A stretch of 63,634 bases of DNA, filler included, from Octopus bimaculoides (Eukaryota): assembly GCF_001194135.2 (NCBI RefSeq). It is 8 parts of 7 records of this genome, joined end to end, with 100 filler letters (N's around TTAATTAATTAA, not from the genome) between each part and the next. Parts side by side here need not be neighbours in the genome. Positions count along the whole stretch, not along the records: positions 39,471 to 55,299 come from NC_068993.1; positions 55,400 to 57,398 come from NW_026439277.1; positions 57,499 to 63,634 come from NC_068991.1; 5 more parts are not named here. One strand, given 5' to 3'. Shown here in pieces: positions 52,531-63,634 of this stretch (position 1 is the stretch's first letter; every line of letters starts with the position of its first letter). The notes under the pieces are model-generated. The model had not been told where the DNA came from and searched no databases. It saw only the letters and a list, made by a program, of their open reading frames with translations. The translations under genes and the position numbers were made by a program.

Positions 52531-55499
52531 CTGGAAAAATAAATAAATAAATAAATATGAAAAATAAATATGAAAACTAAAGAAATATGAAAAATGAATA
52601 AATATTCAGATTTCTCTTCAATTAAAGGGAAAAGAAGATTTTAGAATGAAAAGATCATTGTAACAAAATTTAAATATCAGATTCTGTGGAATTCTATTAT
52701 TTGTCTATCTTTCACTTGCTTCAGTCATTAGACTGTGGCCAAGCTGGAGCACTGATTTATTCTATCAGTCTCTTTAGCCAAACTACTAAGTTACAGGAAC
52801 ACAAACACACCAACACCAGTTGACAAGTGGTGGCAGAACACACACACACACACACACACACATGATGAGCTTCTTTCAGTTTCCATCTACCAAATCAATT
52901 CACAAGGCTTTGGCTGGCCCAAGATTATAGTATAGTGGTCACTTACTCAAGGTGCCATGCAGTGGGACTGAACTCAGAACCAAGTAATTGAGAAGCAGGC
53001 TTCTTGCCACACAGTCATGCCTGTGCCACCATGTTCTGAATTTCTAATATCATTAGAATATTTATATTTGTATTTTTACTGTTTAAGCCAAAGGTGTAAA
53101 GGCAGACATATTCATGGTCTTTGTTTTTTTTTATTTTCTGTCTCCAAGTCAGGTGGAAGAGAATTATCCTCAAACCAGAATGCTGACCAAAATTCTTGCA
53201 AAAGAGAGAACACTCTGCTCGAGGCCCCCAAAGACCATGATAGGTCAGTTGGTCATGAGCCCTCGGTCTTCTAAGGTTAGAGTTTAACCATGAAAGTCAA
53301 AGGGTTAATTTTACATCCTTGTATTGGATATATAAAATAACAAATCAGGCATGAAGAAAATATATACACAATGCACTGCTATTAATATCACACAAGACTC
53401 AACGCTCTATATCAACAGCTCACAGTGAACTGCTTACCAATCCAAACTGCCAATCGCTCACAGTTCTTTATTTTACAATAAAGAGTAAGTCATCCTTTTA
53501 ATGGGTGGGGTCGGAATCCTTCCACAACTTTTTTTTTGTTTTGGTTAGTGATGGGAAGATTAAGTATATTTCCAGTTTTCTGTTTTATTTAAGAGTAAAC
53601 ATTGTGAAGGCTCATAGCTTAGTGGTAAGGGTATTCAGCTCCAGGTTTTGAGTCCGATTCCTCGTGGCACATTGTGTCCTTGAGCAAGACACTTTATTTC
53701 ACTTTGCTCAAGTCCACTCAGCTGGCAAAAATGAGCAGTACCATAATTCAAAAGGCCCATCCTTGTCCCATTCTGTGTCCTGCTGAGTCTCCATGAGAAC
53801 TTACGTTAAGACTACACATGTCTGTGGAGTGCTCAGCCACTTGCATGTTAATTCCATAAGCAGACTGTTCTATCAAGTGGGCATATCAAGTGGAACCCTT
53901 GTCATCAGAACTGACTGAGTGCCAGTGACATGTAAACATCATCATAAAATGTCATTTAAACAAAATGACATTTTACACAAAGCACTCAACTTTATCTCAT
54001 AACCTATTTCATATTTTCAATGTTGTTTATATTATTTATATCAAAGAAGTTGAAATCCAGGTGACATGGAATGTACACTGTTTTCTTGGTATCTGGATGA
54101 GGTTTTTTTTTTGTGTTTTCTCCTTTTTTTAGTACTGTACATGTCCTTTTGCTGAGCTGGACACACACACACATTATCAATTAGTAAATAAATTTTGATT
54201 ATTTTTTTTCATAAGCCCTTGGACTCATATGTACAGGTGTCACTGTGCGGTAAGAAGTTTACTTCCCAACCATATGGTTCTCGGTTCAATCCCATTGCAT
54301 GGCACCCTGGACAAGTGTCTTCTATAGCTACAGGCCAAGCATAGATTTGTGAGTTTATTTGGTAGATAGAAACTGAAAGAAGCCCATCGTATATGTATAT
54401 ATGCACGCATGTATGTGTGTGTGTGTGTCCTACCACCGCTTGAGAAATGGTGTTGATGTGTCTACATCCCTGTAACTTAGTGGCTCAACAAAAGAGACCA
54501 ATAGAATAAGTGCCAGGCTTAAAAAAATTTTTTTAATACTTGGATCAATTCATTTGACTAAAATTCTTCAAGGCAGTGCCCCAGAATGGCCACAGTCTAA
54601 TGATTGAAACAAGTAAAAGACCAAAAGAACAAGGCAGGAGCTGAGCCCAGTTCATACAGTGTATAAGTGACTGAGATTACAGCACTTCCCCTGGATGGGG
54701 TGCCGACCCATTGCAGGGTTAACTTCCCTGTTCCTTCTAGAACTCATTCGGAGCTGAGCTGACTGGAGCCACAACACACACCACTCAGTCCAAGAATCAT
54801 AGCCATGGTCTTACAATTATGAATGCAACACTCCAGACACTGGGTCATATGCTTTCACAAATTTAGATTTGATTGTGCAAAAACAGTCTGTTTGAACCTA
54901 CAGCTGCGTGAAGCAAGGCAAGAGCTTATCTAGCTTTCCAAGGTCAGTGGTTCCCAAACTTTTGGGGGCTGCCGCTCCCTTGACACCCAGGTCACATTCC
55001 TAGTACCTCCACCTCAACTAACTATCACAAACATAGACCACTTTCGGAAGCAAATTCAAAGCAACTCCATTTCACAAATAGAACTTAACCTAATGAACCC
55101 GTTATTTTGTTGTTTTTACATGAATTGCTACCCCATTATCAAAAATTGATAAAATTGCATTTTTAAAACAAAAGTTCAAAATGTAGACTGAAATTTTTAA
55201 AGTAAAATCCTTTCTGGAGTCACGTTTATTCAACCTTTTACAGGCACAAGGCCTGAAATTGTGGAGGAGGGAGCAGTCAGTTACATTGACCTCAAGTGCN
55301 NNNNNNNNNNNNNNNNNNNNNNNNNNNNNNNNNNNNNNNNNNNTTAATTAATTAANNNNNNNNNNNNNNNNNNNNNNNNNNNNNNNNNNNNNNNNNNNNC
55401 CTTTCATCCTTTCGAGGTCGATAAATTAAGTACCAGTTACGTACTGGGTGACTGGCCCCCTTCCCCACAAATTTTTTCGGGCCTTGTGCCTAGAGTAGA

Positions 55500-57100
55500 A
55501 AAGAATATTGATCATACTTTCAATGTGGAGCTTACAGATGGTGTTCCCTGGCTATAAATTTTCGACATAATCCCTAAATTTGATATATTCCCTGTTGAAG
55601 AACAGCTGAGATTTCAACTCTTTCAAATGCCTCTTCATAATAAATGAAGCCTTAGCACAATGGTTACCTTCCTGAATAATCTACTTTATGACCTGCAAGT
55701 GGTCGGTTGTTGAGAACGCTTTGGTGTACGCTGTTTGTTTTCACTTTTTAATTGATGTCTAAGACGATATAGTGGAGGCGCAATGGCCCAGTGGTTAGGG
55801 CAGCGGACTCGCGGTCATAAGATCGCAGTTTCGATTCCCAGACCGGGCGTTGTGAGTGTTTATTGAGCGAAAACACCTAAAAGCTCCACNNNNNNNNNNN
55901 NNNNNNNNNNNNNNNNNNNNNNNNNNNNNNNNNNNNNNNNNNNNNNNNNNNNNNNNNNNNNNNNNNNNNNNNNNNNNNNNNNNNNNNNNNNNNNNNNNNN
56001 NNNNNNNNNNNNNNNNNNNNNNNNNNNNNNNNNNNNNNNNNNNNNNNNNNNNNNNNNNNNNNNNNNNNNNNNNNNNNNNNNNNNNNNNNNNNNNNNNNNN
56101 NNNNNNNNNNNNNNNNNNNNNNNNNNNNNNNNNNNNNNNNNNNNNNNNNNNNNNNNNNNNNNNNNNNNNNNNNNNNNNNNNNNNNNNNNNNNNNNNNNNN
56201 NNNNNNNNNNNNNNNNNNNNNNNNNNNNNNNNNNNNNNNNNNNNNNNNNNNNGAGTGCCAACAACAACAAGATGATATAGAACCAATTTATAAGATTTCT
56301 GATTTGGAGAAATTGTAGAGATAGTGAATAATTGGTAAGGTATATCTCTATGGCTGAGTGTTTGCTATTGCAAGTAATTAACATAATTTATTCAAGAGAA
56401 TAACACGTATGTAATGTTAGTAATGTCATCATTCTTTATGAAGAAAATTTCAAGTCGTTTTAGAAAGAGGGTTTTCTTCCTTATTTGAGGAACTCGATGA
56501 GCAGTTCATCTTCTCTTGGTGCTTCTCCGATATTTACTTCTTTTAATGAACTCCTAAGTTCATAATTTCATTTGCCTGGTATTTCATCTTCACCAGCTAC
56601 ATTAATTGCCGAGGCCTTTAAATGTTTCTTTCTTAAGTATAAATTATGATAATTTTTTCTCTTTTATGACTGACCTTTCTATATAATTAATGATTTATCC
56701 TTGATTATTCTTCATAGCAGTAAGTTGAGATTTCCCTTGAAAAAACAACAACAAAAAAACACCCTTTGCACATCTTTAGTTGCTTTTTATTTATTGCTAA
56801 ATTCTGTGTGGGTCAAATTTTTGTATTTACGTCTGATTCCTACTTCCATTTTTGGATTTCCCGCCTGCTCTTCATCTTGAGTGCTTCCTAAGATGTATCT
56901 TCTTTATGTTCCCTTCTGTGTAGTCTTTCATAATGTCACCCACCTTTTCACATTGCTAATCCACACTCTGGTTTTCCATGGCTTATCTAACATTCGAAAT
57001 TTATTCTGTATTTCTGTTCAACAGCCTCAAATACTGTCATTTTCAGTTGCACATATAGAACTGCATAAGAAAACCAATGAATGCTTGCAATACAGTTAAC
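55500..57100 (-). mobile_element. Degraded RTE-like LINE fragments, split by a SINE and an N gap
   Basis: GEAPREDELLIEFLK (about 56490-56535) resembles KAPGxDxxxxExLK. EQTAYTKAFSTTDHL (about 55700-55740) resembles EQAGFRxGFSTxDH. Confidence 0.55.
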
Positions 57101-57498
57101 ATTCTCTTAATCAAGTTATTTGTATAGAGTCATTGCTAGGTATGGAGAAGTTGGTGAACTGTTAAACCGGGAGACGCTGCAACACTCAATGATTACGGGG
57201 GGAGATGTTATGCCAAAGTGGGAGTAGAAATCAAAGAAAAACAAGGCGAAGTTTTCGAATCATTAAGAGAAATGACAGGAGTGTCAGACGGTCTATAATG
57301 CTGGCTCAGCTATAAAATCATAAATACGTTCTTTTATTCTTTTATTTGGCGGCCATGCTGGAGCACTGCCTTTAGTCGAGCAAACCGACCCCAGGACTNN
57401 NNNNNNNNNNNNNNNNNNNNNNNNNNNNNNNNNNNNNNNNNNTTAATTAATTAANNNNNNNNNNNNNNNNNNNNNNNNNNNNNNNNNNNNNNNNNNNN

Positions 57499-57554
<56 letters not shown>

Positions 57555-57689
57555 TAGTTTAAATGAAATTATCTGCTTCTATTATTATATTCTATCCAAC
57601 TATGTTGAGATATATATATAATTTGTTATAATGTAATATTTCATAATATTTAATTAATTTATTTATTTAATTATTTATATAATATATTC

Positions 57690-58310
57690 GACTACTGTAG
57701 TTGAACCACTGGATAGCTTCGGTGGTTTTGGTCTAGAGTTTTAGTGGAGATGTGGTGTAAAGTTGGAGTATTATTTGATCGAGTATAATTTTGCTAACAT
57801 ACCTATATCGGAGCTGGAGGGCAGGGGAAGCGGACGGAGGGGTTCACTGCGAAGTTTTCTTTGTGATCCTTCAAGCTGATATGGGATGAGTGAGATGTGG
57901 AAGGTTTACCTGCTTGCTTACTGTTGAATATAAAAGGAACTTTTTTCAGCTTATATTTCTTCGGTACCTAAATAATCCACGCTTTTTCCTCTCAATAAAG
58001 CACTCTTGTTCCTGAAAGTTGTTTTTTTAATATTTACGGTGGATTGCTTGAATCTAACTTTCTTCCTACACCTCAATCCCTCGATCTTACATTTATATAT
58101 CACTTGTTCCTTATCTAGTGAACGCTAACTGTGCGGAAGACACGGAAATGGAGAAAATGACGTTGAACTTGTCGCTTAAGGATATCCGACTTACCGATAA
58201 AAACGAGTATATCAAACTCATTATTCACACTACAAACGAATTGATTCTACAGATGCGATGGAAAACTTTCTTCCCCCCTCCACAACTTCACTACGCTCTC
58301 TACACATTCT
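57690..58310. mobile_element. Penelope-like fragments in opposite orientations
   Basis: Minus strand LKDHKENFAVNPSVR...SKIILDQI...AIQWFN is a PLE RT region. Plus strand LNLSLKDIRLTDKNEYIKLII...MRWKTFF is a PLE ORF N-terminus. Confidence 0.6.
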
Positions 58311-58724
58311 GATTGAATGTTATTTGCGTCAACATGTACTTCTTTACGGCAATGTCACCTTTAATCTAATCAAGATATCTTTGGCCTGAAGAACAGCCGG
58401 CGGTGTATACCTCATTTGGATTTTACTACTTCTGAGGTTCCGTACACTATGAAACATATAGCTGGAATCTTTCCTATTCTATTCCATAACTCTTGTATTC
58501 TTATTCGCACACACAGCAACTCTGATCGCCTACCGTGGAATATAAAAAGAACTTTTTTCAGCAGTCTTGGAGGTTTCCCTCTAGTTTCGCAAGGTTTGGG
58601 TGAAGGCGATCCTATAAATTAAGACGCTTCAGTCTTTATTATTGGATTAAGAGTCACATGATAGCACATAGAATACCTAAGTATGCTCCAAGGCTTATTC
58701 CGTTAATATCTTTTATTTTTTTAT

Positions 58725-59175
58725 CTTTTACTTGTTCCAGTCATTAGACTACGGCCATTCTGGTACAACGCCTTGAAGAATTTTTTTAGTCGAATATATC
58801 GACCCTAGTACACCTTTGTAAAGCCTGATACTTACTCTATCGGTCTGTTTTGTCGAACCTCTAGTTGTTGGAACGTAAACGTGCCAGCACCGGTTGTCAA
58901 GCTGTGGTGGGGGAACGGAGACACAAACATGGACACAAACACAGACGCACACACACACAAACACACACACACACACACATACACACACACATGCACTTAC
59001 GCGCACGCGCATATATATTTACGACGGGCTTCTTTTAATTTCTGTCTACCAAATCTACAACAAGGCTTTGATCGACCCGGGGCTATAGTAGAAGACACTT
59101 GCCTCAGGTGTCACACAGTGGGACTGAACCCGAAGCCATATGGTGGGGAAGCAAGCTTCTTACCACATAACCACG
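58725..59175 (-). mobile_element. tRNA-derived SINE (second family), full length, with internal (CA)n
   Basis: Reverse complement of the 61813-62250 family. Confidence 0.8.
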
Positions 59176-59575
59176 TCAACATTTCGTTATTATCTTATTG
59201 ATTTATATCCTATCCAGTTAGGTTGAAATTTGTAAGATAATTCGCACCGGTTTCTAATCCACTTTGAAGCACGGTGAATTTGTATTACCGAATACCAGGT
59301 GATACATACTATCAATGTTCGTTCTGCCTTATAGTAATCCCCTCTCCAATCTTTATCCTCTTAGTAAAATATTCCAACAAATGGCAGATATTAACTTAGC
59401 TCTATGTCCTCGTTTTGTGTATATTAGAAATCGTTAGCACTTAACTGTCGACATAGTAGTAAAACCTTTCCTGCAAAACAAATCAGCGAACTAATTATCA
59501 TTAGAAATGAAAATCCTAGCAGCACAAATATTTACATGGATATTCACACAGAGACACATCATTTTGCCTTACGTA

Positions 59576-60785
59576 CGAGGGTCGGCTGAAAAGTTCATAG
59601 GCTGACCATACACTTCTTCGGTGTTACGGTGTTGGTATTTCATTGGTGAAGACTCTTTCATCCTGCAGTAAAAAGAAAAATATCATCAACAGCATATATG
59701 ACGTCATCACTGCGATACTGGTTCTCAATCGAGTGACTTTTCTTTTCATGTTGAGGAGCAGAAGATAGTCAGATGAGACAAATACAGGAAAACCGAGAAG
59801 ATGAGTCAACCAGCTCAAAGCCACAATGATGCACACTACATACTGAAACCGAGGACTTGTGTGCTGTAGCTCTGTCGTGAAGAAACAAGACCCCTTTCAT
59901 CAGTTTTGATAGCCTTTCGTAACTGCTTCAGCAAAATGGTATAGTACTCTCCATTGATTGTATGGCTCTTCTGAAGATCAAAACAATGTCTTTTGAATCC
60001 CACACAATGTATCAATAAAAATACAGAAACCTTCACCTTTTTCGACAAATGAAACGACGTTGGTCTGCTTTAGAGCAGGTGATGAGGATGTTTCCACTTC
60101 ATAAATTGTCTCAGTCTTAGGTTCAAAGCCAACACTCATCCCAGCTTAGGGAACTTTAACAAAAACGGTCGGATCTACCTCAAGGACTGTCAGATTTTCC
60201 TGTGTTTTGATAAACCTGGTGCGCTTTTGAATAATTGTCAGAAGACCCACAGAGCAGAAACCTTCGTCATGCCAAGTTCATTGTGTAGGATATTCCGAAC
60301 TCTTTCACAAGATATGCTAATATCAATGGCTATTTGATTTATAGTCCATCAGCTGTTTTCCCTCACCATGTGATGAACACGATCAATATATCTTCGGTGA
60401 TTGAGATGCGAGATGTCCAGGCGTTGGGACATCTTAAATTACTTCTCTTCCCCTCCGAAATTCATTGGCCCACTGTTGCACTGTTATTAAAGCTGCCGTC
60501 TTATCCCTAAATGTAGCAGCAAATCCAGCATGAATGCCCTTTTGATGGGAAGTTAAACCCATTTTTTCAGGTACTTGATAACACCGCGATACCAAATTTT
60601 GTCCATTTTCTAGAGGTGTCGCTACCAGTTATTTTGAAGTCACTTTGAGCGGTCAGATATCAATTTTACCTGGTAAGAATCATTGCAGTTATTAATAAGA
60701 AGGGGTGAAATTAAAGCCTGGATGATTTTGCAGCTCTAGCATCACTCCTTAGTAGACAGCCTATGAACTTTTCAGCCCTCCCTCG
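59576..60785 (-). mobile_element. Mariner transposon (Hsmar2/irritans-like), full length but decayed
   Basis: TIRs CGAGGGTCGGCTGAAAAGTTCATAGGCTG and CGAGGGAGGGCTGAAAAGTTCATAGGCTG, with TA TSD at 59574-59575 and 60786-60787. The minus-strand ORF starts MDKIWYRGVIKYL (60606) and includes ELGMTKVSALWV and HTINGEYY..LLKQLRKAIK. Many stops. Confidence 0.9.
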
Positions 60786-61812
60786 TAGCTACACATAAAT
60801 ACGAACGAACAAACGTTTGAGTATACGAAAGTTCAATTACAAAGTATTATTGATTTATGATCATGAACATCAAACAAAACCGTTAAGGAGTCAAGATCAC
60901 ATGGTCATTCGTGTGAGACATTCGAGATTTTGATGTTCGTATACATATAACCTGAAGTTGTCCATGAATTGTTCAGTAGAATTATATATAGCACAAATTC
61001 ACTGATGTTGATGTTATTTACAATGTATTCAGGCCTGATGAAGCAAATCTATCGCATAATTTTCTCAGAAATAGAATTTCAAAGATCAGATAATTCAGTT
61101 ATGCCTTCCATATTGCTACTCCAGTAGGGTTTAATTTAAGTAAAATTTTGTTGCACTTTCTAACAAGTCAAACGGCTATAAGAGAGTCACTTTTATTGGA
61201 CTGGTAATCTGGTGTGTTTAAATGCACATGATGATTTTATTAGCATTTTAGTGTGTATGTATTAATGTCGAGTAAATACGGGTTCACTTAAGACTGCAAA
61301 GGAAGCTGTTTTCAGTTGTGTTGTTGGCACGGAATCAACAACTATTAACACTATACTTAAGGCACTTAACTGTATCACCAAATATCATTAGTTCGTTCGT
61401 AATTACTTTATTCGTGCCGATTTCACACATAACAACTTCAGAAAATGTAGCAATATTGCATAAAAGTGTCATTGTATATGGTTTGATATCCCTCAATGGA
61501 TCCTATACTGTATATCTCGGAACCCATAATAAAACCGTACAGAATTTATTTTATTAAAGATCTGATTGATCTCGGATATTGGAACGAAGATATTACACGA
61601 AAGAATCTGGAAAAAATACAGAAAATAGCGTGTCTTGCCGAAAAGGCTTCACACACACAAATACACACACGCACACACATTTGAATTGTTCAGTCTTATT
61701 TACAAGATTTTCTTTCTTAAAACTTCATACTCAAACAAATAGTTCGTTCCAAATATTAATATTTGATGCCTCTTTCTCTTAACTGTTGAATGTTTTCTCA
61801 AATTGTTATTTG

Positions 61813-62250
61813 TAGGCGTAGGAGTGGCTGTGTGGTAAGTAGCTTGCTTACTAACCACATGGTTCCGGGTTCAGTCCCACTGCGTGGTACCTTGGGCAAG
61901 TGTCTTCTACTATACCTTCGGGCCAACCAAAGCCTTGTTAGTGGATTTGGGAGACGGAAAGTGAAAGAAGCTCGTTGTATATATGTATATATATATATGT
62001 GTATGTGTTTGTTTGTTTGTGTGTGTGTCTGTGTAAGTTTGTGTCTGTGTTTGGTCCCCCAACATCGCTTGACAACCGATGCTGGCGTGCTTACGTCCCC
62101 GTAACTTAGCGGTTCAGCAAAAAGTGTCCGATGGAATAAGCACTAGGCTTACAAAGAATAAGTCCTAGGGTCGATTTTCTCGACTTAAGGCGGTGCTCCA
62201 GCATGGCCACAGTCAAATGACTGAAACAAGTAAAAGAGTAAAAGAGTAAT
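61813..62250 (+). mobile_element. tRNA-derived SINE (second family), full length
   Basis: Pol III box-like head (GTGGCTGTGTGGTAAG...GGTTCAGTCCC), conserved CCTTGGGCAAGTGTCTTCTACTATA core, internal (TG)n and an AAAAGAGT tail. Relatives at about 8790-9000, 44340-44640, 52720-53020 and 54232-54620. Confidence 0.82.
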
Positions 62251-62349
62251 ACTAGCACTACATTGTCTTCATTTAGTATTTTTTTTATTAGATTTGTGAG
62301 TGTGTTTTTAAGAGCCATGAAGGTCAATTCAGTGAATTAGATTAAGCTA

Positions 62350-63585
62350 AGTACTTTGATATCAAGCTGCCTCTGAAATATCGGGCAGAAGTGACGAGTG
62401 CTTGCACTGCCTCCATTATATATTATCGCCTGACCATCTTGCTTTGCCATATTTAAGTCTAATCAAACTGAAGCTCATACTTTTCTGCTTTCTGCGTATG
62501 GGAGGCGTTCCACTGTTCAGACGCTCCATTATCGGCTAAATAGAAGACTGAGAATGCCGTGGCTACTAATAAGTATAAATAGTGATAAGAAGACATGAAC
62601 CTACATATACAACGTCTCCTTTAACGCCACATGTGTGTGGTCGCTCTTCCACAGCTCAACTCTTTGACTGAACTGCTGTCCTGGCACCTGGAGTGTCGTC
62701 AGGCCCTGAAAGGCCTCTGTCTATTGAGCAAAACTCTCAGTGGAAGTTCCACTTTGGCATTCTATAGAAGGTTAGCGGCGGGCAAATGCAACGACGTTCT
62801 TCGGGAAATTCTGGGCATCGACGAGAATCAACTGGTTGGTCTGTTCCGGAGGACTTTCGGGTCGGGGTGTATGGATAACTTTCATATATTCTTGATCCAG
62901 CAGCGACACGGATGTCATTGCTGGTTCGGGATATACTCTACAGGCATGGAAGTGCTGTCAACCGGGATTGCCCGAGATGCACCTAGAGTGACGAAACTTC
63001 TGTACGCCCTCGTCCAGTTCCCGAGAATTGCAGACTTGTGGGTTTACGTACAACAGCTGCTGTCACATGTAGGACAGATCCGGCTATCGGCTAAATCCAC
63101 TATGAAGATTGTCCCGCTGCCTTCCTTTGGCCGGAAAGGACAGGCACTGTTTCTTTATCTCTTGGTCTTAGCGAAAGAGGTTGTGTGACGGACAAGATTG
63201 AAAGGGACTTAATAAAGATACTTTCCTTTTCGATCGAGTTCTTACTTTGTCAAGTTCCACTTGAAAAAGAAAGTGAAGATACAAAGGAAGGTGCTGCCTC
63301 CCAGCAATTTGAGTGAATCATGCAAAGAATGGTCTGAGTAAACGGAACAAATGTAAGCCTGCGGCTGTAAGTCGAATGAAGACGATGTGCAGAAGGCATC
63401 TGCCCTAGTATCCAGGGACTCCACGTGCGGCTGCAGAATGTCTCCCGTTTTAGGGGAAATTGTTGTTGTTAAATTTTATGTTAAAATCATTTTCACTAGT
63501 TATACGATTCATTTTACGTAACGCCTCATTTTCCTACACCGTACCGAATATTTTTTGTGAGCCCTTAGTGGTTAATAAAAAAAAC
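62350..63585 (+). mobile_element. L1/Tx1-like LINE 3' fragment
   Basis: The frameshifted translation LVRDILYRHG..NRDCPRC..DET..ALVQFPRIADLWVYV..LL is an L1/Tx1 C-terminal zinc-knuckle region. It ends in AATAAAAAAAA at about 63573-63584. Confidence 0.7.
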
Positions 63586-63634
63586 CTTCTTCTTCTTCTT
63601 CTTCTTCTTCTTCTTCTTCTTCTTCTTCTTCTTC
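63586..63634. repeat. (TTC)n microsatellite running off the window end
   Basis: Directly visible. Confidence 0.98.

Noticed and set aside
55771-55889. tRNA gene (similar heads at about 36895, 37515 and 53605)
   Set aside because: A- and B-box-like motifs are present, but there is no complete cloverleaf and the sequence continues into SINE body. These are SINE heads.
61034-61065. CTGATGA hammerhead-like start
   Set aside because: No GAAA or matching stem I follows.
62631-63188. 185-aa ORF as a host gene
   Set aside because: It is a frameshifted piece of an L1/Tx1-like ORF2 C-terminus.
63242-63424. Minus-strand ORF ending near a GTAAG-like donor as the missing GIPC 5' exon
   Set aside because: There is no GIPC similarity, and it is antisense to the L1-like fragment.

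Overview
AT-rich, microsatellite- and transposon-dense animal genomic DNA from a gapped draft assembly. The SINE families and the (TA)n/(ATAC)n/(AAT)n landscape point to a cephalopod, probably Octopus; this is inferred and was not checked against a database. The only recognisable host gene is a GIPC-family PDZ adaptor on the minus strand. Four coding exons (52530-52161, 51723-51620, 44780-44699, 43519-43335) splice in phase through canonical GT-AG sites to a stop codon; its 5' exon(s) were not found. Nearly everything else is transposon-derived: a Gypsy-like LTR element with a 5-bp TSD whose pol region is replaced by a CR1-type LINE; a near full-length R4/Dong-like LINE interrupted by a Penelope-like element (PLE, 13-bp TSD) and a 1000-bp solo LTR (4-bp TSD); and further R4-like, RTE-like, L1/Tx1-like, PLE, mariner, Chapaev3-like and SINE copies. 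Best leads: (1) a PLE insertion that looks like one circularly permuted unit; (2) minimal type I hammerhead ribozyme folds, including a divergent inverted pair and a CUGUUGA core variant; (3) a 170-bp near-perfect hairpin; (4) a candidate unannotated spliced ORF. No intact autonomous element, CRISPR array, rRNA or true tRNA gene was found. All of this comes from manual reading; no database searches or folding programs were run.
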